This document shows positions 1 to 10,020 of a stretch of 62,775 nt of DNA, in pieces. Below the pieces are notes generated by a model. That model was given only the letters and a program-made list of their open reading frames with translations, did no database searches and had not been told where the DNA came from. Within the stretch, counting starts at the first letter, position 1, and every line of letters begins with the position of its first letter. Position numbers and translations under genes: made by a program. This DNA comes from an uncultured Dehalococcoidia bacterium (GTDB lineage Bacteria > Chloroflexota > Dehalococcoidia > DSTF01 > JACRBR01): positions 1-62,775 of the forward strand of contig CAYWOO010000110.1 of NCBI GenBank assembly GCA_964458665.1. The letters are read 5' to 3'.

Positions 1-770
1 ACGGCATCCTCGGTGGGCGATGGATCGCCACGCTTGACGCGGTTGCCGACGAACGATCCGTTCGGGAGCGCGGCCGCTAACCTGCGGCTGACCTCGACGG
101 AAACGAGGTCGTCGCTGGTGACAAGCACCGGTACGTTGACCGACGAAAGGAGTCCCGAGATATCCCACGCCTTCGACTGCTCCGCGTAGCGCACGTAGGT
201 TTCCTGCGTTGCTGTGGCGTCGATCAACTCGTACGTCTGACGGAGCGAGGCGATGCTGAGGACATTTGGCGTGCGGTCCGCCATCGTACGCTTGGCCCGC
301 TCCCAGTCGGTGCGGGCGAGTTCGATCATCGCATCGACGTCGCCTCGGTCGGCGCCGCGGGCCATTCCTTCCCTGAGCACGACCGCGATCACTCGCTCCG
401 GGTGACGGGCGGCATAGGCCAGTGCCGTTATCGACGTTTCGACCCATGCGTTCAGCGCGAAGCGAGCGAGGCCTAATGCGTCAACCACAGCCTCAAGGTC
501 GAGCACGCTGGCGTCAACGGAGAACTCGTCAATGTTGCGCTCGGACAACCCGAAGCCGCGCGCGTCGTACTTGATGAACGTGACGACGCTGGCGTAGGTC
601 CGCATCGCCTCCGCGTACTCGGTAATGCGCCAGATCATCTCGACGTGGTCGCCCGTGGGCACTGGCATGTCCACGAGCGCCGGACCTCGGCCGATGGACC
701 AGTAGGCGACGCTCACGCCGTCGGCGGCGCGGGCGTAGCGAATCTCCGGGGCTGTAATCTGCGGCGCCAT
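1..770 (-). CDS. Alpha/beta-hydrolase-fold protein, probably the N-terminal sensor domain of a regulator (3' end runs off the window)
   Basis: Manual translation from ATG at 770: MAPQITAPEIRYARAADGVSVAYWSIGRGPAL...KYDARGFGLS...DLEAVVDALGLARFAL...AYAARHPERV. Open to position 1. Absent from the ORF track because there is no stop in the window. Confidence 0.8.
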   Translation of the reverse strand, partial: MAPQITAPEIRYARAADGVSVAYWSIGRGPALVDMPVPTGDHVEMIWRITEYAEAMRTYASVVTFIKYDARGFGLSERNIDEFSVDASVLDLEAVVDALGLARFALNAWVETSITALAYAARHPERVIAVVLREGMARGADRGDVDAMIELARTDWERAKRTMADRTPNVLSIASLRQTYELIDATATQETYVRYAEQSKAWDISGLLSSVNVPVLVTSDDLVSVEVSRRLAAALPNGSFVGNRVKRGDPSPTEDA

Positions 771-888
771 GCTGGAATTGTACGGCGTGGAGGAATTGGC
801 GTGGCGTCTCGTTCGGGCTGACCTTCACGAGCGCGTTAGTGTTCGATACGATGGGGTATCCCCAAGGCTTTTCTCGATTGGAAGCGCG

Positions 889-2145
889 ATGTCCGGCCCG
901 CACGTCCCTGTCATGCAGCCGCGAGGCGGGATCCGCGGCTACGGGCAGCGGACGTTCTCTTCGTTGCGCATTCCGGACTTTCGGGTGCTGTGGATCGGCA
1001 ACGTCGGCACGATGCTGGGGCAGTGGGTGCAGTTTGCCGCGCAGGGCTACCTGGTGTTTCACCTGACGGGTTCGCCGTTTCAGGTCGGCGCGGTGGGCTT
1101 CGTGCGGGGGATATCGTCGGTGACGGTATCGCCGTTCGCGGGGGCGGTGACAGACCGCTTCAGCCGCCGGTCGGTGCTAATGGTGATGACGGCGATCAGC
1201 GCGACGGCGGCGACGCTAGTCGCGGCGCTGATCATCACGGATGTGATCCAGATCTGGATGCTGTACCCGCTGTCGGCGCTGGAAGGTTTCGGCGACGCCG
1301 TGAACCAGCCGGCGCGGCAGGTGATGATCTACGATGTCGTCGGCGCGGAGGACCTGCCGAACGCCGTGGCGGTGAACTCGCTGGGTTCGAACACGATGCG
1401 CATCGTTGGGCCCTCGATGGCGGGCGCGCTGATCGGCGCGGTGGGGATCGAAGCGGCGTTCATCGTGCAGGCCGTGGCGTATACGTTTTCGGTGTACGCG
1501 ACATCGCGCATCAAAACGAAGGGCATGCCTGCGGGGCGTGGGACGACGACGGTGCTGGCGAGCATGCTGGACGGCATCTCGTACGCGCGCACGCATCCCG
1601 ACGTGTTGCTGCTGGTGGTGATGGCGGGACTGCCGAGCCTGCTCGTGTATCCGTACGTGCAGTTCATTCCTGTGTTCGCGAAGGACGTGTTGCACACCGG
1701 ATCGCTGGGGTTCGGATTCCTGGCGTCGGCGGTCGGCTACGGGTCGATCGTCGGAGCGCTGATCGCGGCGAATCTGACGCAGCTCAAAAAGCGCGGGCGG
1801 ATCCTCGTGTGGACGACGTTTGTGTACATGGCGCTGGTGACGGGGTTCGCGCTGTCGAACATGTACGCGCTTTCGTTCGCGCTGCTGGTCGTCGCCGGCA
1901 TCGCCAACTCGATCTACTTGATGTTCAACCAGGTGATGATCCAGCTCACGGTGCACGACGAGTATCGGGGTCGCGTGCTGTCGCTGTACGTGATGACGAG
2001 CGGCATCACGCCGTTCAGCGCGCTGCTGATGGGCGCGCTGATCGATGTGTTCGGGGCGCAGGCGACGGTGGCGTGCTTCACGGGGCTGGCTTCGGTGATC
2101 GTGCTGGTGATCGGGATCACTAGCAGGCGGCTGCGGGAGATCTGA
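889..2145 (+). CDS. MFS transporter
   Basis: About 12 hydrophobic segments and MFS motif A (GAVTDRFSRR). The ORF-track start at 769 overlaps the divergent gene, so ATG 889 is preferred. Confidence 0.9.
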   Translation: MSGPHVPVMQPRGGIRGYGQRTFSSLRIPDFRVLWIGNVGTMLGQWVQFAAQGYLVFHLTGSPFQVGAVGFVRGISSVTVSPFAGAVTDRFSRRSVLMVMTAISATAATLVAALIITDVIQIWMLYPLSALEGFGDAVNQPARQVMIYDVVGAEDLPNAVAVNSLGSNTMRIVGPSMAGALIGAVGIEAAFIVQAVAYTFSVYATSRIKTKGMPAGRGTTTVLASMLDGISYARTHPDVLLLVVMAGLPSLLVYPYVQFIPVFAKDVLHTGSLGFGFLASAVGYGSIVGALIAANLTQLKKRGRILVWTTFVYMALVTGFALSNMYALSFALLVVAGIANSIYLMFNQVMIQLTVHDEYRGRVLSLYVMTSGITPFSALLMGALIDVFGAQATVACFTGLASVIVLVIGITSRRLREI

Positions 2146-2425
2146 CTCGGGGGACGATCCACTAAGAGCACGAAGGGCACGAAGGGGTTGGGGCCTCACC
2201 GCGGCCGTCGGCCGCGCCCTCTCCACACTGTGGAGAGGGCTCTCGGATCGGGGTGCGTGCTAGTTTCACGGGTGATGCGCTCGACGAGCGCGGGCGCGAC
2301 GGGTTGCGCCCTACGGCGCTACTGGCGATTTTCTCCGATGGTTGATCGTGTCGGCGCGGGCGGAGCTGTTGGGGGTGCCTGAAGTATGATGGCGGCTGAG
2401 GGAGTGGTTGTCTTCGGAGGGAGCC

Positions 2426-3053
2426 GTGTTGGGACTCTATCGTGCGCCGATGCTTGGGGCGGCGGTTGCCTTCTGGTTTGTCGTTGTGGTTGTGCTGATC
2501 GCGTGCGGCGGCGGCGGTGGGTCGGGGCCGACGGCGATCGTGGCGACGGCTACGGTTGTGCCGCCGGCTACGCCGCCGTGCTCGGGGGCGGAGCGGGTGA
2601 CTCCGGCGCAAGGGGGAAGGCCCGTTTTTCAAGGCGGGGTCGCCGGAGCGGGCTTCGCTGATCGAGGCGGATACATCGGGGACGGGGCTCGCCGTCACCG
2701 GGGTGGTGCTGTCGACGGATTGTCGGCCGGTTGCAGGGGCAACACTCGATTTCTGGCAGGCCGATGAATCGGGCGCGTACGACAACGCGGGCTTTCGACT
2801 GCGCGGACATCAGGCGACGGGCGCGGACGGGCGCTACAAGCTCGAGACGATCGTGCCGGGCGTGGAGACCGGGCGTGCGCGGCACATCCACGTGAAGGTG
2901 GAGGCGGCGAATCATGCGGCGCTGACGACGCAGCTGTTCTTCGCGGAGGACGCGTCGAACGCGGCGGACAGCAACTTCAGTGACGCGCTGGCGATGGCCG
3001 TCGAGCAAGACGGCGCGTCGCGGGCGGCCGGGTTCGACTTTGTGCTGCGGTAA
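2426..3053 (+). pseudogene. Intradiol ring-cleavage dioxygenase-like lipoprotein, frameshifted at a G5 run (2612-2616)
   Basis: Lipobox LIAC in one frame; DFWQAD...GAYD...LRGH...HIHVKV in another. Removing one G gives a continuous TPAQGEGPFFKAGSPERASL...VVLSTDC. GGAGG lies before GTG 2426. Confidence 0.8.
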
Positions 3054-3108
3054 TGGTGCAGGTTCTCGGTTTTAGGTTTTAGGGTATAGAATCGATCGCA
3101 GCTCGAAG

Positions 3109-3549
3109 TTAGCGGCGGCCGCCGAATAGTCGTTTGATCTGATCGATGACGCCGCCGCCAGCGCGGCCTTTCGCGCGCGCCCATGCTTCCTGCGCGCTAC
3201 CGGCACGGCGGAGCCCGAGCACGCGCTCCTTCATGATTTCGCGGACGCGTTCGGATTCACCGGCATCGAGCCAGAAGCCGTGGCCTTCGGCGCAGGCGTC
3301 GAGTTCGAGGTTGTAGGCGCGATAGTTGAAGGCGTGCATGGTCTGGCTGCAGGCGGGGCAGAGCAGCACACTCTCGTGCTTGGCGTACTCGACGGTGCCG
3401 ATGCGCTGCTCTTCGTCGGCGACGGTGGCTTCGAGTTCGGCGAGTTCGTCGTAGTCGTACCAGGCGCCGTGGCAGGCGTGGCAGCGGTCGATCGTGATGC
3501 CGTGGCCGGCTTCGGACTGGAGTTCGTTGGCGTCGCGGGGGCAGATCAT
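3109..3549 (-). CDS. Tandem zf-TFIIB-like zinc-ribbon protein
   Basis: Two repeats: CPRD...IDRCHACHGAWYD..EL and CPAC...LDACAEGHGFWLDAGE. Confidence 0.8.
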   Translation of the reverse strand: MICPRDANELQSEAGHGITIDRCHACHGAWYDYDELAELEATVADEEQRIGTVEYAKHESVLLCPACSQTMHAFNYRAYNLELDACAEGHGFWLDAGESERVREIMKERVLGLRRAGSAQEAWARAKGRAGGGVIDQIKRLFGGRR

Positions 3550-3875
3550 TCGTGCGGTACTCCTCGGGGTATTGTAGCTGGGGTGGTGTGGGGCCTCACC
3601 CGACCCTCTGCGCGTTACCACGGCGAGTAGGCCGGCGGAGAGGGAGAAACGGGGGCGAACAGAGGCGTGCTGTTCGACTCGGCCCGCGCTGGATCGAGCA
3701 CCTCACCCCCGGCCGTCGGCCACCCCCTCTCCACGCCCTGGATGAGGAGGATCGGATGGGAACCCGTCGGGTATCTGGGAGGGGCTGGGGGGTGGCGGAA
3801 CTGCCCTCACCACGGCGGGCGGGGCGCCCGTGCTCCATTTTTGATGCTGGCCTGCGTCCGGGAATGTGCAATTAG

Positions 3876-3892
3876 CATAATATGTAATTATG
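3876..3892. promoter_or_regulatory. Inverted repeat CATAAT-N5-ATTATG, likely autoregulatory operator of the TA pair
   Basis: Perfect 6-bp arms in an AT-rich patch 16 bp upstream of the antitoxin ATG. Confidence 0.55.
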
Positions 3893-3907
3893 TGATAGTG
3901 TAATTCT

Positions 3908-4201
3908 ATGGGAAAGACACGTATCGTGCGCCAGCTTCGAAACGGGCAGATCACCATTCCCAAGGAGTTTCGGGAGGCGTTGCATCTCGGCCGCGATGAC
4001 ATGCTTGCCGTGACGCTCCAGGACGGGAAGCTCGAGATTGAGACGGTGAGGCCGGCTGCGGCGTCCGCCGGTTCGCAATGGGCGAAGGATCTCTATGACT
4101 TGTATGCGCCCGTTCGCAAGAGTCTCGAGAGCTACACGGAGCAGGAGATTAACGACGCGATTGACGAGGCCATCCGGGGCGCTCGTGCTGAGCAGGCGTG
4201 A
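3908..4201 (+). CDS. AbrB/MazE-type antitoxin
   Basis: NGQITIPKEFREALHL swapped-hairpin motif; overlaps the PIN gene start (GTGA). Confidence 0.9.
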   Translation: MGKTRIVRQLRNGQITIPKEFREALHLGRDDMLAVTLQDGKLEIETVRPAAASAGSQWAKDLYDLYAPVRKSLESYTEQEINDAIDEAIRGARAEQA

Positions 4202-4617
4202 GAGTTGTCGTCGATACCGTCGTCTTCGTGCGGGCGCTGATGAATTCCGCAAGCGTGTGTGGGAAACTCTTAGAGCGAACGCCTGAGTTCACGATTCTCA
4301 CGTCCGATAGTCTTCGTGCCGAGATCATGCGCGTCGTTCAGCGTCCGGAACTCCAGGTACGCCTTACGCGGATGGATCCTCTTCCTCCCGCCGACCGCGC
4401 GATCGCCTATTTGTCGTCGGCAGAGGTCGCTGAACCGTTAGCGACACCGCGCGTTTGCCGTGATCCTAAGGACGATATGTTCTTCGCCTGCGCGGCCGCC
4501 GGCGGCGCGGACTACATCGTCAGCGAGGACGAAGACGTGCTGGCGATCGCGGAGTACGAAGGCGTGCGGACGATCCGCGCGGCTGCGTTTCTCGAACTCC
4601 TCGGCGCTTCTGAATAG
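4198..4617 (+). CDS. PIN-domain toxin (putative TA toxin component)
   Basis: MRVVVDTVVFV...CRDPKDDMF...ADYIVSEDED, with the PIN acidic residues. Confidence 0.9.
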   Translation: MRVVVDTVVFVRALMNSASVCGKLLERTPEFTILTSDSLRAEIMRVVQRPELQVRLTRMDPLPPADRAIAYLSSAEVAEPLATPRVCRDPKDDMFFACAAAGGADYIVSEDEDVLAIAEYEGVRTIRAAAFLELLGASE

Positions 4618-4677
4618 AACCTACGGGCGTCCTCTCCTACACTCCTTGAACCAGACGAACGCAAGGAGGAATTCATC

Positions 4678-6333
4678 ATGGCAGAGGTTGATGGGGCGAC
4701 GCTGATTGCGCGGAGTTTGAAGCGGCACGGGGTTGAGTACATGTTCGGCATCGTGGGGGTGCCGGTGGTGCCGATTGCGTTTGCGGCGCAGCGGGAAGGG
4801 ATCCAGTACTTCGGGATGCGGCACGAGCAGTCGGCGTCGTACGCGGCGCAGGCCGTCGGCTATCTGACGGGGCGGCCGGGCGCGTGTCTCGCGGTGTCGG
4901 GGCCGGGGATGACGAACGCGATCTCGGGGCTGGCGAACGCGTGGTCGAATCGCTGGCCGATGATCCTGCTCGGCGGGGCGTCGGATATCTCGCAGCACGG
5001 CATGGGCGCGTTCCAGGAAGCGCCGCAGGTCGATGCGGCGCGGCCGTGGTGCAAGTATGCGGCAGAGGTCGACCGCGTCGACCGCATCCCGTACTTCGTC
5101 GAGCAGGCGGTGCGGACATCGATCTACGGGCGGCCGGGGCCGGTGTACCTCGACCTGCCGGCGGACGTCATCGGCGGCAAGGTAGACGAAGACGCCGCGC
5201 CGCAGCGGCCGCGCGTACCGGATGCGCCACGATCGTTCGCGGATCCGGCTTCGGTCGAGGCGGCGGTGGCGGCGTTAAAGTCGGCGGAGCGGCCGCTGGT
5301 GATCGTCGGCAAGGGGGCGGCGTATGCGCGTGCCGAGGACGAGGTGCGGGCGTTCATCGAATCGACGCAGCTGCCGTTTCTGGCGACGCCGATGGGGAAG
5401 GGCTTGATGCCCGACGACCATCCGCTGTCGGTCGGCGCCGCGCGATCGTTCGCGTTGCAGAACACGGACCTCGTGCTGCTGATGGGCGCCCGGCTGAACT
5501 GGATCCTGCACTTCGGTATGCCGCCGCGGTTCAACGCCGATGTGCGGGTGATCCAGATGGATATTGCGGCGGAGGAGATCGGAACGAACGTGCCGGCGGA
5601 GGTGGCGCTCGTTGGGGACGCAAAGGCGGTGACCGGGCAGCTCAACGGCTTGTTGCGCGAGCAGCCGTGGCAGTTCGCTGCGGAGAACACGTGGCGCACG
5701 GGCATCGCGAAGAAGATCGCGGACAACCAGGCGACGACGCAGGTGCAGTTCGACGACGACAGCGTGCCGATGAACTACTATCGAGTGCTGCGCGAGATCC
5801 GCGACATCCTGCCACGCGACGCGATCATCGCCAGCGAGGGCGCGAACACGATGGACATTGGCCGCACGGTGTTGCCGAACTTCCTGCCGCGCCATCGGCT
5901 CGATGCGGGGAGCTTCGGGACGATGGGTGTTGGGCTGTCGTTCGCGATTGCGGCGCAAGCGGTGAATCCGGGTACGCGCGTCGTTGCGGTCGAGGGCGAC
6001 TCGGCGTTCGGGTTCAGCGGGATGGAGGTGGAGGTGGCGTGCCGGTACGCGATGCCGATCACGTTCATCATCCTCAACAACAATGGCATCAGCGGCGGGC
6101 CGAGCACGATCGACCGGTCGCGCCCGCTGTTGCCGATGGCGTTGCTGCCGCAAGCGCGGTACGAGAAGGTGATCGAGGCGTTCGGCGGCGAGGGCTACTT
6201 CGTCGAGACGCCGGATCAGTTGCGGCCGACGCTGGAGAAGGCGTTTGCGAGCGGGAAGCCGAACGTGGTGAACATCATGATCAACGCGCAGGCGCAGCGG
6301 AAGGCGCAGGAGTTCGGGTGGTTGACGCGGTGA
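4678..6333 (+). CDS. TPP-dependent 2-hydroxyacyl-CoA lyase / oxalyl-CoA decarboxylase family enzyme
   Basis: MRHEQSASYAAQA, VSGPG, DAGSFGTMGVG and the TPP motif GDSAFGFSGME...NNNG. AGGAGG RBS upstream. Confidence 0.9.
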   Translation: MAEVDGATLIARSLKRHGVEYMFGIVGVPVVPIAFAAQREGIQYFGMRHEQSASYAAQAVGYLTGRPGACLAVSGPGMTNAISGLANAWSNRWPMILLGGASDISQHGMGAFQEAPQVDAARPWCKYAAEVDRVDRIPYFVEQAVRTSIYGRPGPVYLDLPADVIGGKVDEDAAPQRPRVPDAPRSFADPASVEAAVAALKSAERPLVIVGKGAAYARAEDEVRAFIESTQLPFLATPMGKGLMPDDHPLSVGAARSFALQNTDLVLLMGARLNWILHFGMPPRFNADVRVIQMDIAAEEIGTNVPAEVALVGDAKAVTGQLNGLLREQPWQFAAENTWRTGIAKKIADNQATTQVQFDDDSVPMNYYRVLREIRDILPRDAIIASEGANTMDIGRTVLPNFLPRHRLDAGSFGTMGVGLSFAIAAQAVNPGTRVVAVEGDSAFGFSGMEVEVACRYAMPITFIILNNNGISGGPSTIDRSRPLLPMALLPQARYEKVIEAFGGEGYFVETPDQLRPTLEKAFASGKPNVVNIMINAQAQRKAQEFGWLTR

Positions 6334-6424
6334 GTTTGCGGTTCACAGTGAACAGTTTGTAGTTCTCGGCCTGCGGCGCGCTGCAACATCGATCCGCTAC
6401 AATCGCTCGGATTTGTGGAGGGTG

Positions 6425-7540
6425 ATGTTGGGCGATCTTCGTGTTCGGCGGGCAGGTCTTGCGGCGATGGCGTGCATTGCCCTTGCGATTGCTGCTTGCG
6501 GCGGGGGATCTTCGCCGCGCGAGGCGGCTACCGGCGGGCCGGAGCGCTCGTTCATGATGGGGATCAGCACGCTGCCGCGGGAGCTGAACGGCAAGGCGTA
6601 CAGCGAGACGTTCGACCTCGCCGCAAGGAACGGTGAGATGGTGCTGATCCAGCGCACACCACCGTGGGCCGATTTTGTGCCCGGCTCGGGCATCAGCGAA
6701 GCGACCGCAAAGACGACAGCGTCCGAGCGGGATGCCATCGCGAGCAACGACCTGCGGCTGTTCTTCGCCATCGATCCGACGGATGGGGCGACGGGGCGCG
6801 ATCGCCTCGCGGGGTTGCCGGCGTCGATGACGGGCAAAGACTTCAGCGACGGCGACGTGCGCTCGGCGTTTCTGACGTACGCGCAGTACGTGGCGATCAA
6901 CTATCAGCCGGCGTACATGGCGCTCGGCGTCGAGATGAACCTCTACAGTCAGAAAAACAACGCCGACTTCGACAACTTTCAGTCGCTGTACTTCGAGGCG
7001 TACGACCGCGTGAAGGAGGCGTCGCCCGACACGCAGGTGACGGTGACCTGGCAGTTCGAAGACCTACAGGGGCGGCTGCCGACGGAAGATCAGCACTTCC
7101 CGGCGTGGCAGCTCGTAAAGACGTTTGACGCGAGGATGGACGTCGCCGCGATCAGCACGTACCCCAGCTTCGCGTTCGCGCAAGCAAGCGATATCCCGGA
7201 GAAGTACTACAGCCAACTCCGCGGGTTCACGGAGAAGCCGATCGTGATCGCCGAGATGGGGTACTCGTCGGCGGCTGGCGCCCAGGGCATCAATAACGGC
7301 AGCGAGCGAGAGCAGTCGGCGTTTCTGACGCGTGCGCTGAGGGAAGCGCAGGACCTGGGCATGCCGTTCGTGATCTGGTTCGCCGGGTGGGATCCGGCGT
7401 ACGCGAAGGACACGCCGTTCGGCGTGTTCCAACACATCGGGTTGTTGCACGAGGATGGCGCGGAGAAGCCGGCATGGGCGATCTGGGCGGCGGCGGCGCG
7501 GCGGCCGTATGTGCCGCTTGACGCGGCGGGTGGCGGGTGA
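6425..7540 (+). CDS. Lipoprotein with glycoside-hydrolase-like (TIM barrel) domain
   Basis: Lipobox IAAC; LGVEMN and KPIVIAEMGY resemble clan-A acid/base and nucleophile motifs; IGLLHEDGAEKPAW ending. Start codon uncertain. Confidence 0.65.
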   Translation: MLGDLRVRRAGLAAMACIALAIAACGGGSSPREAATGGPERSFMMGISTLPRELNGKAYSETFDLAARNGEMVLIQRTPPWADFVPGSGISEATAKTTASERDAIASNDLRLFFAIDPTDGATGRDRLAGLPASMTGKDFSDGDVRSAFLTYAQYVAINYQPAYMALGVEMNLYSQKNNADFDNFQSLYFEAYDRVKEASPDTQVTVTWQFEDLQGRLPTEDQHFPAWQLVKTFDARMDVAAISTYPSFAFAQASDIPEKYYSQLRGFTEKPIVIAEMGYSSAAGAQGINNGSEREQSAFLTRALREAQDLGMPFVIWFAGWDPAYAKDTPFGVFQHIGLLHEDGAEKPAWAIWAAAARRPYVPLDAAGGG

Positions 7541-8094
7541 GCGAAATGTCGGACGATGCGCCAGCTTCGTTGGATCCACGGCATGCGTTCATTGTGGTGT
7601 CGGGCATGCAGGGCACCGGTAAGACGACGGTGGCGGCGCGGTTCGTGCGCGGCGTGCACATTCCAGCGGACGATTTGCAACGGATGATCGTGTCGGGCGC
7701 GACGTGGAAGTCGCAGCGCGGACTCGAGGATGAGGCCGACGCACAACTGCGACTGCGGCTTCACAACACGTGTCTGCTCGGGGCATCGTTCTTCGATGTG
7801 GGGTTCACTGCTGTGCCGGATGACATCATCATTGGTGATCGGTTGCCGCACCTTCTGGAGGAGCTAGGCACGCGGCCGTTCATGTTCGTGATGCTTACGC
7901 CCGACCTGGATGTCGTGCGACAGCGCGAGGCCGGCCGCGGCACGCGGCTACACGAGCAGTGGGGATGGATGGACGCTGAGATCCGCACGGGGACGCGGCG
8001 CATCGGCCTGTGGATCGATAGTTCCGGCCAGACCCCGGACGAGACGGTCGATGAGATCATGGCGCGGGTGTGGGCCGAGGGGGTCGTGGGCTAG
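7537..8094 (+). CDS. P-loop kinase/phosphotransferase (AAA_33 / CPT-like)
   Basis: Walker A GMQGTGKTT; IDSSGQTPDETVDEI ending typical of small kinases. Confidence 0.75.
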   Translation: MSEMSDDAPASLDPRHAFIVVSGMQGTGKTTVAARFVRGVHIPADDLQRMIVSGATWKSQRGLEDEADAQLRLRLHNTCLLGASFFDVGFTAVPDDIIIGDRLPHLLEELGTRPFMFVMLTPDLDVVRQREAGRGTRLHEQWGWMDAEIRTGTRRIGLWIDSSGQTPDETVDEIMARVWAEGVVG

Positions 8095-8290
8095 CCCGGC
8101 GGTTCGGCACGTTCTCTCGATTTCCGGATTCGAACATTGGTCTCAAATCGGGGGAGGCCATTCTACGGAATGCCCCTACGTGGCGTGCGTCGCTGGCATC
8201 AGGTGATTTGCTTGCGTACGAGGCGGCGCGCGGACTGAAGTCCGCGCTAGGGGCACGGGGCAGGGCGAGACCTGCCCCTACACGCGGCGT

Positions 8291-9820
8291 GTGAACATTC
8301 CCATTCGGTACTCTCTTTGCGTGGACTACGACGAGTCGCTGCGGTGGCTGCTGACGCTGCCTGATTTCGAGCGGACTGGCGACTTTTCTTCGCGGCCGGA
8401 TGTGGCGCCGATGCTGGCGTTGCTCTCCGAGCTGGGGGAGCCGCATCGCGGGCGGCCGACGGTGCATATCGCCGGGTCGAAGGGCAAGGGTAGTACGGGC
8501 GCTATGGTCGAGGCGGTGCTGGGCACGGCCGGTATGCGCACGGGGTATTACGTCAGTCCCCATCTGCATCGCTACAACGAACGGGTACGCATCGCGGGAC
8601 AGGCGATCGACATCGACGCGTTTGCGAGCGCTATGACGCGCGTGCGTGTGGCGATCGATGCTGTCGCGGCGCGGTTCGCGGGGCGGCAGTTTCTGGCGTT
8701 CGATGCGCTGACGGCGGCGGGGTTTGTGGCGTTTCGCGATGCGGGTGTCGATGCGCAGATCGTCGAGGTGGGGCTTGGCGGGCTGCTTGATTCTACGAAT
8801 GTGTTTGGGTGGTCGTCGGTCGTCGGTCGTCGGTCGTCGGAGAAGGGCGAGCGGGCGCCAGGAGATGAGGCAGTCGCGGGCGAACGAGCACCTCACCCCC
8901 CAGCCCCCTCTCCACGTCGTGGAGAGGGGGAGCTGCCCGCGCACGTTCTGGTGCTGACGCCGATCAGTTTGGAGCACACGGCGATTCTTGGGGATTCGAT
9001 TGCGGAGATCGCGGGGCAGAAGGCGGGGATCATCATTGAAGGCGCGGCCGTTGTGGTTGCGCCGCAGCGGGAATCGGCGCTGGATGTGTTTCGGGCGGTG
9101 GCGGCGGAGCGCGGGGCGATGCTGATCGAGGTGGCGCTTACCTGCCAGATGACGCGCACGACGGCGACCGCGGAGGGACAACGGTTCAAGATGAAGACTC
9201 CGCTAGAGACGTACGACGCGCAGTTGCCGCTTGTGGGACGCCATCAGCTGGACAACGCGGCGACGGCGATCGTGGCTTGCGAGGCGCTCGCTTCGGCTTG
9301 CGGGATCGAGCTGACGCCGGCGCACGTGCGTGCCGGGCTGGCGAACGTCGTGTGGCCGGGGCGGCTGGAGGTGCTGAGGCACAAGCCGCTGGTCATCGTG
9401 GACGGCGCGCACAACGGAGACTCGGCGAAGCGGATGGTAGCGGCGTTGCGCGAGTACTTCGGGCTGGTGCACGCGACGCTGCTGTTCGGGACGGTTGCCG
9501 GCAAGGACGTCGCGTCGATGGCGGACGCTGTTGCGCCGATTGCACGCGAGGTGTTCGTCACCGCGTGGCCGAGCGCCCGCGCGGCTGATCCGCGTGATGT
9601 GGCGGCGGCGTTTCGGCCGCACGAGGTGCCCGTATCGACGTTCGGCGATCTCGGTCAGGCGTACGAGGCGGCGTTGGCGCAGGCCGGCGAGCGCGGCGCT
9701 GTCGTGGCGTTCGGGTCGATCGCGTTCGTGGGTGCTGTGCGGGAGTACGTGCTGGGGATCGCATCGGATTCGATGCGGCTCGCGAGCGGCCGCCCGGGTA
9801 CATCGGAGAACGCGGGCTGA
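8291..9820 (+). CDS. folC: Folylpolyglutamate synthase/dihydrofolate synthase with an about 40-aa repeat-derived insertion
   Basis: HIAGSKGKGST, SPHL, EVGLGG..DSTNV, WPGRLE and DGAHN motifs. Confidence 0.95.
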   Translation: MNIPIRYSLCVDYDESLRWLLTLPDFERTGDFSSRPDVAPMLALLSELGEPHRGRPTVHIAGSKGKGSTGAMVEAVLGTAGMRTGYYVSPHLHRYNERVRIAGQAIDIDAFASAMTRVRVAIDAVAARFAGRQFLAFDALTAAGFVAFRDAGVDAQIVEVGLGGLLDSTNVFGWSSVVGRRSSEKGERAPGDEAVAGERAPHPPAPSPRRGEGELPAHVLVLTPISLEHTAILGDSIAEIAGQKAGIIIEGAAVVVAPQRESALDVFRAVAAERGAMLIEVALTCQMTRTTATAEGQRFKMKTPLETYDAQLPLVGRHQLDNAATAIVACEALASACGIELTPAHVRAGLANVVWPGRLEVLRHKPLVIVDGAHNGDSAKRMVAALREYFGLVHATLLFGTVAGKDVASMADAVAPIAREVFVTAWPSARAADPRDVAAAFRPHEVPVSTFGDLGQAYEAALAQAGERGAVVAFGSIAFVGAVREYVLGIASDSMRLASGRPGTSENAG

Positions 9821-10020
9821 ACGTCCGCGCCAACGAACCACTGAACGCGTCCGATGACTCCGCATGAGCCGAATGTACTATTTCGCGAATCGACTTCGCG
9901 CCGGGCCGCGTACTTTGGCGGCATCGAATCAGCTATGATCAGCAAGGATTCCCATCGTCAGATTGGCATCTGTGAGGGCTCGCGCGGCGAGCGACGGCGC
10001 GCGCAAATCGGGGCATCGGT

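Noticed and set aside
3870-3898. dif/Xer-like site GCATAA-N7-TTATGTGATAG
   Set aside because: The spacer is 7 bp rather than 6 and the outer arms are poor; better explained as the TA operator. Not fully excluded.
7612-7655. Possible 4-aa in-frame deletion after Walker A (GKTTV-AARF)
   Set aside because: Based only on recalled homologues; cannot be supported without an alignment.
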